Of a DNA stretch of 32,000 bases, positions 8,335-16,774 are shown piece after piece. The position numbers and the translations under genes are program-made. The stretch is from Cylindrospermopsis raciborskii Cr2010 (GTDB lineage: Bacteria > Cyanobacteriota > Cyanobacteriia > Cyanobacteriales > Nostocaceae), in the NCBI RefSeq assembly GCF_003367075.2, contig NZ_CP065936.1:1680001-1712000 (forward strand), in the 5' to 3' direction. Each line of letters begins with the position of its first letter. Position 1 is the first letter of the stretch. A model generated the notes under the pieces. The model was not told the origin of the DNA, searched no databases, and saw nothing but the letters and a program-made list of their open reading frames with translations.

Positions 8335-9603
8335 TTAAGAAAGGGTATCAGCAATGGTCTTTAACTCAAGTATAATCTGAGCTGCTGTTGTTTCTAAACT
8401 TTCTGCTTTTTGAGGACTCTTGTTCATACCCACATGGGCAATATCATTGCGAATTTGGGTTAACTTACCCCATTCTAGGGAAAACAAATTAAAATCAGGT
8501 AGTTTTTCAAATTCATCATCCCAAGGGGAAATTAATGTTATTTCTTTGCCACGAAGTTTAATTTGTCCATTATTGAGCGCATTCTCTACCTGTTTTCGCT
8601 GGTCTTTATTTAGTGGATCCTGTTCACCCAATCGATATGCTAAAACGGAAACTAGCCATTCCCTTGCTAAGGTCATAGCTTGCACAACTTGATGTCTTTT
8701 TATATACCAATCTATTAGTTGAAATTGTAATCTCAGTCCTTGAGCTAAATTTCCACTATTAGTGGGATTTTCTAGGGCAAATTGTCCATATTCCTGGGTT
8801 AATTTTTGGGAAATCAGTCCAAAAGGTTTAGCTCTTTTATCAAAACTACTCTCTGCTTTTTTGATAATTTCCTCTAATTTTGTGGTTTCTTCTAAAATTT
8901 CTACAGGACGCACAAGAGCTATAGCCAGAGAAATTCGATTAATGATGTCAGCAGTATCTTTAAATTCTCTAGCTAGAGGTCGTAGGGTTGGATCATCTCT
9001 TTTTTCATCGTTAGAAATAGTATTTTTTAACAGCTCTGCTAAGGGGGATCCATCACCCACTTTGACAAATCTATCTGCGGCAGCAAGCCAGTCTAATAAG
9101 CTGAGCATGGGCAATAAATCATAGGTGGGGGTGTCTGGATTTTGAGAATTAGACTTAAAAGCTCCATATAAGACGCCTTCAATTTTCACCTGTTTTACTG
9201 TACGTAGGTAGCTAATAGCTAATAAGGCAATAACTGGAATGGAACGGAAACTATGGGTAAGGTCAAAAATAACGCGATCGCCCTCGTTTAAACAATTAGT
9301 AATTTTATCAAAAATTAACCAACTATCATCCAAAGAATTACTCTCGGGAATATCAAAAACAGGCTCTAATTTAACGGATTTATTAGCTAGTTGTTCTTGT
9401 AATCCTTGCCAATTAGATATGGTTCCGTTTCTGGGGGGGTCATTAGCTACTGTGGGTGTTAATAATACATACAATGTATCAGGTTGATAAAATTCAACCA
9501 GGGCTTCCTGAAAAAATTTGGTCCTTACTGCTTGACTAGTGGTGGGATGGATATAATTTGTCTCAGCGTAATTACTGTTGCCAAGAAAAGAAATAATTTT
9601 CAT
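8335..9603 (-). CDS. csx1: CARF-HEPN CRISPR-associated protein, Csx1/Csx2 (TM1812-like) family
   Basis: 422 aa; MKIISFLGNSNYAETNY, DRVIFDLTHSFRSIPVIALLAISYL, C-terminal HEPN motif RNDIAH (Rx4-6H). Confidence 0.85.
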   Translation of the reverse strand: MKIISFLGNSNYAETNYIHPTTSQAVRTKFFQEALVEFYQPDTLYVLLTPTVANDPPRNGTISNWQGLQEQLANKSVKLEPVFDIPESNSLDDSWLIFDKITNCLNEGDRVIFDLTHSFRSIPVIALLAISYLRTVKQVKIEGVLYGAFKSNSQNPDTPTYDLLPMLSLLDWLAAADRFVKVGDGSPLAELLKNTISNDEKRDDPTLRPLAREFKDTADIINRISLAIALVRPVEILEETTKLEEIIKKAESSFDKRAKPFGLISQKLTQEYGQFALENPTNSGNLAQGLRLQFQLIDWYIKRHQVVQAMTLAREWLVSVLAYRLGEQDPLNKDQRKQVENALNNGQIKLRGKEITLISPWDDEFEKLPDFNLFSLEWGKLTQIRNDIAHVGMNKSPQKAESLETTAAQIILELKTIADTLS

Positions 9604-9659
9604 GTGTTTTCAAGATTATTTACTAGTGTTGTGAAATGTTGTTTGATTTACATGTTAAG

Positions 9660-9745
9660 TAGGGAGGCACAATTTGTAGGATGGGTCGAGTAACCAGACC
9701 CATGGGGGTGTTGGGTTTCATGCTTCAACCCAACCTACGTTGATC
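9660..9745 (+). repeat. dispersed repeat, copy 5 (right end shortened)
   Basis: TAGGGAGGCACAATTTGTAGGATGGGTCGAGTAACCAGACCCATGGGGGTGTTGGGTTTCATGCTTCAACCCAACCTACGTTGATC. Confidence 0.9.
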
Positions 9746-9769
9746 TGGGGATATTAGCCCGCTAATAAA

Positions 9770-11284
9770 CTATACAGGCCAAATGCGGGTAAAGCCTTGG
9801 CTCCCTAAAGTACCATTCACTGTTGGGTCAAAACTAGTGATGACACAACTGTTTTCCTTTTCCCTCACCGCATAGAGAGAAGGTCTGTTAGTGGAACCAC
9901 ACCATTGAGGTTTATTTCTATTACTTGTGGCACACACCCCATGGACTATCTGCTCCCAGGTCTCGGTGTCTGTACTCTCCCACACACTGTCAATACAACC
10001 TGGCTCTGTATTTGTATTTATCGTTATGCTCAGTTGTGTGCCTAAATCCCTAATATCTTCCTGCAATCTACTAAACAGCTGGGATAACTCCATTTCTTCA
10101 CTTTCTGTTTGGGTGATAAATTCACTACCACGAAAAACCACACCATTGCGCATGTCATGGGGTGGTCTTCTCCATCCCGGTCCTATCCCCCCTAATCTCT
10201 GGGCTAGTTCTAGCAATCTATCTACTAATCCCCTACACTCTTGGTTACATTTAACTCCTATTTGCCAATCCTGATTTACCACCGCGCTCGGTATATTACT
10301 GTAGTCACGATTATTTCCCCGGTTCCCTGCGCCTATTTCCCTACCCGCAAACATTCTATAACTCACTAGATTCAGTTGCGCTGGTGACCCAAATCCACCA
10401 AATATATAGGTGGTTAATTTCTCTGCATCCGGTCTGGAAAATTCCCTTAATGCTAATCGCAAAAACCAACCCCGCAGGGTGGCTCTTAATACCTGTGGCG
10501 ACCACCTATACTTCCCTGTTATGTTCATTCCCCGGTTGTGTGCTTGTATCCCCGGTTTTGCCCCCCGCACCCTTAATTGCCAATCTCCTTGGCTGATTCT
10601 CTCTCTCTCTACTAATCTCCCAAATCCAGAGTTTTTCCCTCTCCCTATTCCTTCTTCCTCTAAGGTCTCTTTTAATCTATTTTTTAACCATCCCCTTTCG
10701 TCTTGTCTTATTTCCTGTCGGGTATTCACTACTATGCTTAAAAGAGTTGGTTGCAATGAAGGAGGTTCCTTGGGTGAGGCTTGCCATTGCACGCTTAAAG
10801 CCCTTACGTTCTCCCCATATACTTGCCATGATTGCTGGCCATTCAGGGGATAGGGTTCCACATTGTCCAGAGGTACACTCTCAAATCTAATCTCCCTACA
10901 GCGCCATCCACTTCTATCCTCTTGCACAAGTCTTTGCCAAAATTGCTGTTCCTCACCCCCCATTTGAGACCACACCTTTCTAATTCTGCTCAGTAATGAC
11001 CCCCGCAGACTAGATCCAGGTATACAAGGATATCCCCCTATTTGTGCAGGCAAAATCATTCCCTCGCTTAGACTTCCTCCCCCTACTTGTATGGGAGTTA
11101 AAATTTGCACCCTGAGAATGGGGTTAGATTTTTGTGGCGTGTATGAATTATTCACATACCAGGCTTGGCGCACCTCCCTATTTTCCGGTGGTCCTTCTAT
11201 TATGTCCGTGGTTTGGGGTGTCCAGCCTTTTTCTTCTTCTGTATCTACTCTGTACCATTTGGGTAATTCTGTTGGTAAGGACAT
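9770..11284 (-). CDS. Fused RAMP protein: N-terminal Cmr6-like plus C-terminal Cmr1-like
   Basis: 504 aa; N-terminal IPGSSLRGSLLSRIRKVW and G-rich GIGRGKNSGFGRL; second RAMP part SPQVLRATLRGWFLRLALREFSR...TYIFGGFGSPAQLNL. Confidence 0.7.
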   Translation of the reverse strand: MSLPTELPKWYRVDTEEEKGWTPQTTDIIEGPPENREVRQAWYVNNSYTPQKSNPILRVQILTPIQVGGGSLSEGMILPAQIGGYPCIPGSSLRGSLLSRIRKVWSQMGGEEQQFWQRLVQEDRSGWRCREIRFESVPLDNVEPYPLNGQQSWQVYGENVRALSVQWQASPKEPPSLQPTLLSIVVNTRQEIRQDERGWLKNRLKETLEEEGIGRGKNSGFGRLVERERISQGDWQLRVRGAKPGIQAHNRGMNITGKYRWSPQVLRATLRGWFLRLALREFSRPDAEKLTTYIFGGFGSPAQLNLVSYRMFAGREIGAGNRGNNRDYSNIPSAVVNQDWQIGVKCNQECRGLVDRLLELAQRLGGIGPGWRRPPHDMRNGVVFRGSEFITQTESEEMELSQLFSRLQEDIRDLGTQLSITINTNTEPGCIDSVWESTDTETWEQIVHGVCATSNRNKPQWCGSTNRPSLYAVREKENSCVITSFDPTVNGTLGSQGFTRIWPV

Positions 11285-11325
11285 AGTTTTATCTCAGTGT
11301 TTTTTATAGTTAGTTGAATTGATTA

Positions 11326-11778
11326 TTACTTTGCATTACTTTGCAGTGTTTCTTTTAGACGCATTGTCCAAAATTGGATTGTATCTGCTATTTCTAGCAG
11401 CATTTCTGTAACTAATATTTGTTGGTTGAAATTCAGCTGGGCATATCTAGCTTGAAAATCTTCTGTCTTCATATTAGCCCTTATTCCCAATTCAGAACCC
11501 ACCACTTGACATAAAGTTACCCTGGCTACCCCCCAGGCAAAATAGCGCCGTTGCTCATCTGTTCCCCCCACACCATCCGGTAATTCACCACCAATTAGTT
11601 TGGGTGACCGAGAAAGGGCCCAAAACCTCTCAACACCCCAACTGGAAACATATTCACCTATACCACTGGCTTTTCCTTGCCATTTTTCTATGGCGCTCAA
11701 ATCAGTAGCCCCTTTCCTTAATTCTGCTAACACTTTTTGGTCTAGGTCATAGAATGATGTTGTCATCTGTACTCCCAC
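11326..11778 (-). CDS. cmr5: Cmr5-family small subunit
   Basis: 150 aa helical protein in operon context; DLSAIEKWQGKASGIGEYVSSWG...RYAQLNFNQQILVTEMLLEIADTIQFW. Confidence 0.65.
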   Translation of the reverse strand: MGVQMTTSFYDLDQKVLAELRKGATDLSAIEKWQGKASGIGEYVSSWGVERFWALSRSPKLIGGELPDGVGGTDEQRRYFAWGVARVTLCQVVGSELGIRANMKTEDFQARYAQLNFNQQILVTEMLLEIADTIQFWTMRLKETLQSNAK

Positions 11779-11787
11779 CTACGCTGA

Positions 11788-12567
11788 TTACTTAATATTC
11801 TCGACAATTATGCGCCCGTAGCCAACTCCCCATAGTCCTCCCAGGTGATGTTCTCTATGGAGAAAACTTTCCCACTTTTCTGTTTGTTGTTGGCGACTGT
11901 GCCATGACACTACAAAACTCGCTCCCGGTGGTATGCCTTCTACGGAAAACAGGTTGTCTACCAAACTACCGTCTTTATCCGCATTTTCCTTCAAGCTAAC
12001 TCGCGGTTGGCGTACCATGCCCATATCTACCAGGGTATTAATAGATTCATTTTTCAGGATTAGTAGTCGCTTCCTATGGGCTTGTAGTTCCGGGGGTAAG
12101 GGCAATTTACCTGGATCTAAGTAAGCGATATTAGATAGCTTTAACCATCGTAAATACACTGTTCTTTTATCTAGTTCTGGTTCTGTGACAAGTAAATTGT
12201 CTGGTAAAGGAGGAATTTCTGTCCCCGTGAGATCTGCAAATCTGTTTAACCAGTCAGGAAAGCTTACCCACCAGTTACCATATCCCAATACATGAACAGG
12301 CCACCAAACCGGCCATCCCCATCCCAAGGAAATATTACCTGGTGATACAGCACTTGTATCTCCCCCAAACCATTCTCCTACAAAAGGCTGAAACTCCTTT
12401 TCCTTTTCCGCGTGTTCCCTGAGCGCACCTCGCAAAGAACTACCTGGTATAACTGGTGTTCTATCCGGTAGGCGAAAAATAGGATTGTTATTACCCCGGT
12501 TTTCACTGTCTGCTCCTCCTATGTGGACGGGCTCTCTACATACTATCCAAATGTTTCCTGCTTTCAT
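11788..12567 (-). CDS. cmr4: Cmr4-like RAMP protein
   Basis: 259 aa; VHIGGADSENRGNNNPIFRLPDRTPVIPGSSLRGALREHAE and C-terminal GGLWGVGYGRI. Overlaps the cmr3 start by 4 nt. Confidence 0.75.
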   Translation of the reverse strand: MKAGNIWIVCREPVHIGGADSENRGNNNPIFRLPDRTPVIPGSSLRGALREHAEKEKEFQPFVGEWFGGDTSAVSPGNISLGWGWPVWWPVHVLGYGNWWVSFPDWLNRFADLTGTEIPPLPDNLLVTEPELDKRTVYLRWLKLSNIAYLDPGKLPLPPELQAHRKRLLILKNESINTLVDMGMVRQPRVSLKENADKDGSLVDNLFSVEGIPPGASFVVSWHSRQQQTEKWESFLHREHHLGGLWGVGYGRIIVENIK

Positions 12568-13535
12568 ATTAGATTCTCTTTAAATAACCACAAATGTCCA
12601 TATCCCCACACATGACGATTAAATGGATCCAGGAAGGGTCCGCTTTTGGTGATGGGGGCTTTATGCCACCGGTAAATGGCTCCTGCTGGTGTGAGCCACT
12701 CACCGGGGGTTAATTTTCTTTCTGGTGTGAGCTTGTGGGAAACTGTTTTCCAGGTCTGCCAGGGTTCCCCTTGTTGGGCTAGGTAAGCTAGGGGTTTATG
12801 CTGGTCTGGGTAAGGATGGGAGGTTTTAGTTCTTCCATTACTCCACAAAGCACTTGTTAATAATACAGCACCATCCGCATCTGGTATTTCTGCTCCTAAA
12901 AATTCCCAGTTTTCGCTTTCTAGGTTCTCTAAGGGTACGGTCACAATAGGAGTAGCTCCTGCTCCTAGGGTTCCATATTTTTGCGGTTCTCCTTCCCCTA
13001 TTACTTTTATCACTATTGACCACTTGCTGGCCATTAAGATAGTTTTTTCAGCGTATAATCCTCCCTCTTCTACCACCTGAAAGTCCTCCCGTCGGTTATG
13101 ACTCAGGGTTAGAGTTTGCCAAGGAAGCGGTTGAACTTCTACCTGGTTTAAAAATCCCTGTTCCCACAATTGACGAAAATCCTGACTTTTGATGAGATAT
13201 TTTCCCCCTAGTTGTTCAATTTCTATGTCTGGGGTTGTCTGGTGATGTAGTTGCCACTTTTCTTGCCAATACATACGATATAAATCTAATACCTTTGTGT
13301 TCTGTCTTAATGGTAGTCTATGGGTATAAACACCTTGCGGAACTGACAAGTAGAGATTTTTTTCGTGTAACCAAAAAGGTCCCCACATTTGGGTGGTTTT
13401 GGGTAGATTAAGAGCTGCAGCTAGTTGGTTACCATTGGGTGGCCAACGACACCCCACCAGCCCACTGTTTTGCCCTACTGGGGTCAAATTTCCTAGGGTT
13501 ATGGTGCCTGTCGGTGTGATACTATACCAGGTCAT
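12564..13535 (-). CDS. cmr3: Cmr3-like RAMP protein
   Basis: 323 aa; MTWYSITPTGTITLGNLTPVG, WGPFWLHEKNLYLSVPQG, C-terminal YGHLWLF; overlaps the cas10 stop by 4 nt. Confidence 0.7.
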   Translation of the reverse strand: MTWYSITPTGTITLGNLTPVGQNSGLVGCRWPPNGNQLAAALNLPKTTQMWGPFWLHEKNLYLSVPQGVYTHRLPLRQNTKVLDLYRMYWQEKWQLHHQTTPDIEIEQLGGKYLIKSQDFRQLWEQGFLNQVEVQPLPWQTLTLSHNRREDFQVVEEGGLYAEKTILMASKWSIVIKVIGEGEPQKYGTLGAGATPIVTVPLENLESENWEFLGAEIPDADGAVLLTSALWSNGRTKTSHPYPDQHKPLAYLAQQGEPWQTWKTVSHKLTPERKLTPGEWLTPAGAIYRWHKAPITKSGPFLDPFNRHVWGYGHLWLFKENLI

Positions 13536-15796
13536 AAGCCATCCTCCCTAAATCTTTTCATCCAAAGGTCTCGGTTTTGTTCCTGTCTGGCTAAAAACAC
13601 TCGCAGGGCTACCCAATTAGTCCACCATTCCCATTCGCTTAAAAAAGTATCATGTTCAGATTGTGGGCGTACTTGGTTCCAAGAGAGATTTAAACCTACA
13701 CTTTGCCATAGGGTTTCTAGGGCGGTTTCTGCCAGGGCTAGATTGGGTTGTTTCATGCGGACAGGTTCCATATATTGCAATAGTTTCTCCCATCTATTTA
13801 GTTGGTTATCTGACTGCACCAAGTTGTTTCCCATCAGTATATCCCACAGGAACCAAGGGCAGATCCACTCTATAATCTGATTACTATTGAACAACACCCT
13901 TACACAAACCCGGTTTCTGCCCTGGGATTTAGCTTTCTTATAGGCTTCATTGAGATGACTATGCCATAATGCCTGGGGTATACGTCTTTGGGCAATCACT
14001 ACTCCTAAACTAAAGGTCATTATTTCGCTAGGAACCGGATAAACAGACTCCCGATACTTGACCCAACCTGGTACTGGTGGCTCCAACATAGAAGTGAGGG
14101 CAGTGGTTCTACCAGACCATAAGCGATATAAATCACTGGTCATCTCCACAGCTTGGGGTAAAGGACCCAGGAGGAGGAAGTCATCTCCTCCAGCGAAGAT
14201 AACCTTGCCAGGGTACTGTTCTTCTACCAGGGGATACAACAGCTTGTTCCAGTGACTAAAGAGAACAGATAGATCCAGAACATGGGGTAGGTCTAATTGG
14301 CGATGGGTATGATTAGGAATTTGGGCGGGGACTAGGTTGAGATGGTAATCTTCAATTTGCTGGGGTGTGGGATGCCATTTTTGCCAGAGTAAATTTTCCC
14401 GTTCATACTGACTACCAGAGAGCCACTTACCAATGTGGTCTCCGTCACCCCGCCATCCCACGTGCCATTGAATTGGCGTAGTCCATTGGTCTAGGTTGAA
14501 ATCTTTCCAGTCTTGTTCGACCCCTTCTAGGTCTTGATCCAGACTCCAGTTTTCTAGATTGCGTCGTTCCAACACCTCGGGATGAATATATCCGGGGTGA
14601 GATCTATCTATTAAGGGTAAACCCCAGCGTCTAGGTTCTAACCCAAAGTATTCCGCTGCATCTTGTAGCCTATTATTCCAAGGAATAGATTGGCCTAGTA
14701 GGGGAACCCAAGCAGCTGCAACTGCGGTTTGTTCAGGAAAATTGCCCCAAGGACACGCGGGAGGAATATGACCCCACCGCATCTCCAGAGCTTTTTGAAT
14801 ATAGTCGGGTAGGGATGCTAAGCGTTTAATCAGCTCTATGCTATTTAGTTTTTCCCGAGAGCTGAAAAGAGCAGAATGGTGTCGAAGGAGACCTGCCCAC
14901 CAGTGATCGAGTTCGGAGGGGGGTATACCCCAGGTGCCATTTCTGTCGATGGGTAACAACCCGGGATGCCAGACAGAAAGGGAGCCAGCGGTAGGACTAG
15001 TTACTCCACTCCACCAGGTTCCTTGCCATTGGCGACTGAGTTTTTGCTTTTCTAGCTCATCGTGAATTTGTTTATTCACTTGAGTAATACTCAGGGGTGG
15101 GTCTTGGGTAATGGGTGCCCAGGTGTGATAAACAGACCATAAAAACCTATGGTCACGGTGAATGACTTGCCATCCGACACCATCTAATAGTCTTTTTTTT
15201 TCGGTGCGCTCTTGCTCAACAACAACTCTTTCAATATTTTTAATGAGTAAAGACCATTCTTGGAGTAAAAGGTGTTTGATATTTTCTAACCAGTTTTGGG
15301 CTGCTTCATCGGTAGTGCAGGGAACCACACCAGTCATAACATTCGGTAACTCAGGGCGCCAAAAAGATTGGGGGTCTGGAGAAACACCAGTATTCATCCA
15401 TCGTAGGAGGGGAGAACTTCTGTAGAGAGGTAAAAGAACAGAACCCCCCTGTTTTTCCCAATGATAGATAGTAGCCGTTGCCAGGTAATGACACAACCAA
15501 GATGCCACAGCCCAATCTCTTAACCGTTGACCCGCACCGAGGAAGGACTGGACTGGTCCAAAGACCAGAGTGCCCAGGAAATGATGGGGAGAGATTTCTG
15601 GAGGTAGCTGTTCAAAGGCATAGTTACTAGCGCCACCCCCCCAGGGGTATTTACTTCTGAGGCGGTCTGTATCTTGCCATTCTCCGGTAACTGGATGGAT
15701 GGCGAAACCAGGATTTTCAGTGGTTAGGTTAGGGTCTGGGTATAGTTGCTGCTGTAGTGGCAGGAATTGGATGGGTTGTGGTTCGATGAATACCAA
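13532..15796 (-). CDS. cmr2: Cas10/Cmr2 large subunit with GGDD cyclase motif and no HD domain
   Basis: 754 aa; FGPVQSFLGAGQRLRDWAVASWL, GDGDHIGKWLSG, KVIFAGGDDFLLLGP. Only about 75 aa precede the first palm-like region. Confidence 0.9.
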   Translation of the reverse strand: MVFIEPQPIQFLPLQQQLYPDPNLTTENPGFAIHPVTGEWQDTDRLRSKYPWGGGASNYAFEQLPPEISPHHFLGTLVFGPVQSFLGAGQRLRDWAVASWLCHYLATATIYHWEKQGGSVLLPLYRSSPLLRWMNTGVSPDPQSFWRPELPNVMTGVVPCTTDEAAQNWLENIKHLLLQEWSLLIKNIERVVVEQERTEKKRLLDGVGWQVIHRDHRFLWSVYHTWAPITQDPPLSITQVNKQIHDELEKQKLSRQWQGTWWSGVTSPTAGSLSVWHPGLLPIDRNGTWGIPPSELDHWWAGLLRHHSALFSSREKLNSIELIKRLASLPDYIQKALEMRWGHIPPACPWGNFPEQTAVAAAWVPLLGQSIPWNNRLQDAAEYFGLEPRRWGLPLIDRSHPGYIHPEVLERRNLENWSLDQDLEGVEQDWKDFNLDQWTTPIQWHVGWRGDGDHIGKWLSGSQYERENLLWQKWHPTPQQIEDYHLNLVPAQIPNHTHRQLDLPHVLDLSVLFSHWNKLLYPLVEEQYPGKVIFAGGDDFLLLGPLPQAVEMTSDLYRLWSGRTTALTSMLEPPVPGWVKYRESVYPVPSEIMTFSLGVVIAQRRIPQALWHSHLNEAYKKAKSQGRNRVCVRVLFNSNQIIEWICPWFLWDILMGNNLVQSDNQLNRWEKLLQYMEPVRMKQPNLALAETALETLWQSVGLNLSWNQVRPQSEHDTFLSEWEWWTNWVALRVFLARQEQNRDLWMKRFREDGL

Positions 15797-16176
15797 TTGT
15801 TTTAGATCCCCCTTTGGTTATTTGTAATGATAGGTTGGGGTTGGCTGCTGTTCGACAATTTCTGGATATAGCTAGACATTCCTTTCTGTTTGGGTACTTT
15901 TTTAGGCATAACTGTAACCGTCTTTACGATGAATAGGCTTTTCGATGTTTAATTTGGTCGGTTTGACCAGTCCTTAGTAATGTGTTCCTCGACAATGAAA
16001 AACAGGCTTGTCATGGTAGTTCAGAGGGCTTTCTAAGATGTCTCGCCTTTTGTTGAAGTTACCGACAGAGCTACAAACTGGAGTTAATTTGTAGGTGTCG
16101 TGACCTGTCTTTCGTAGCCAACCTTACCTGATGGTAGGTAACTCTTTTTTATGGCGGAGTCATGCACGCTCACCCC

Positions 16177-16207
16177 ACCTACCCAGATTGTTAAGATCTG
16201 GGCAGGT
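16177..16207. promoter_or_regulatory. 12-bp imperfect inverted repeat between cas10 and the CRISPR leader
   Basis: ACCTACCCAGAT-tgttaag-ATCTGGGCAGGT, one mismatched pair. Confidence 0.4.
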
Positions 16208-16293
16208 TTGAGTAGACATTAATGAGCGGTTGTCGTTATCTATAATATTAACCTGGTAATAAAAACTTTGTCCCCTATCTATGGGAATAGTTA

Positions 16294-16311
16294 CATCTAT
16301 CTTTAGATAGA
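16294..16311. promoter_or_regulatory. 8-bp perfect inverted repeat ATCTATCT-TT-AGATAGAT
   Basis: Read directly; sits in the long divergent non-coding region. Confidence 0.35.
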
Positions 16312-16491
16312 TATTTGGGTAAGATAGGGATTTGGGTAGGTATTTTACGACATTTTATCTAACCTAAAAACTTTTATGCGAGTAATGAAATATCCCAGTC
16401 AATGTAGTACCTAATAGGGGGTGAGAATGAAGTGGTCTCAAAAAAATAAAATATACATAAGTTTTAGGGAATTATTTTCCTGTAAATGTGT

Positions 16492-16774
16492 TATAATAGT
16501 GGCACAAATGGGGAAAAATCGGTATAAATATTTCAGTAATAGCAAAGGATAATGATAAAAATAAAGACAGAAAAATCAGTAATTAACGAAGAAAGTGCGA
16601 AGGTCAAGAAAAAACGCTGGAATGCCTATTATTTCGTTGGGAACCTCGCAGCCTTGTGGTGTAAGGGTTTCAGCCATTATTTTGAGGGTAGTGGGGGTGA
16701 AAAACAGAGAAATTTTGCTGACCTTCGCAAAGTGGGTCTAGACACCAGTCAGGGTAAGGTGTTAAAATGGGGGG
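16492..16774 (+). promoter_or_regulatory. CRISPR leader region with candidate -10 box TATAAT
   Basis: TATAAT at 16492-16497; AT-rich sequence then a conserved block (16648-16719) also present beside the vestigial repeat at 6823-6915; the first CRISPR repeat begins at 16775. Confidence 0.7.

Noticed and set aside
8420-15425. Opposite-strand ORFs inside the Cmr and CARF genes (8420..8692, 8762..9124, 9927..10274, 10410..10853, 12838..13023, 13663..13875, 15162..15425 and others)
   Set aside because: They overlap strong recognisable coding regions and show no family features; best treated as shadow ORFs.
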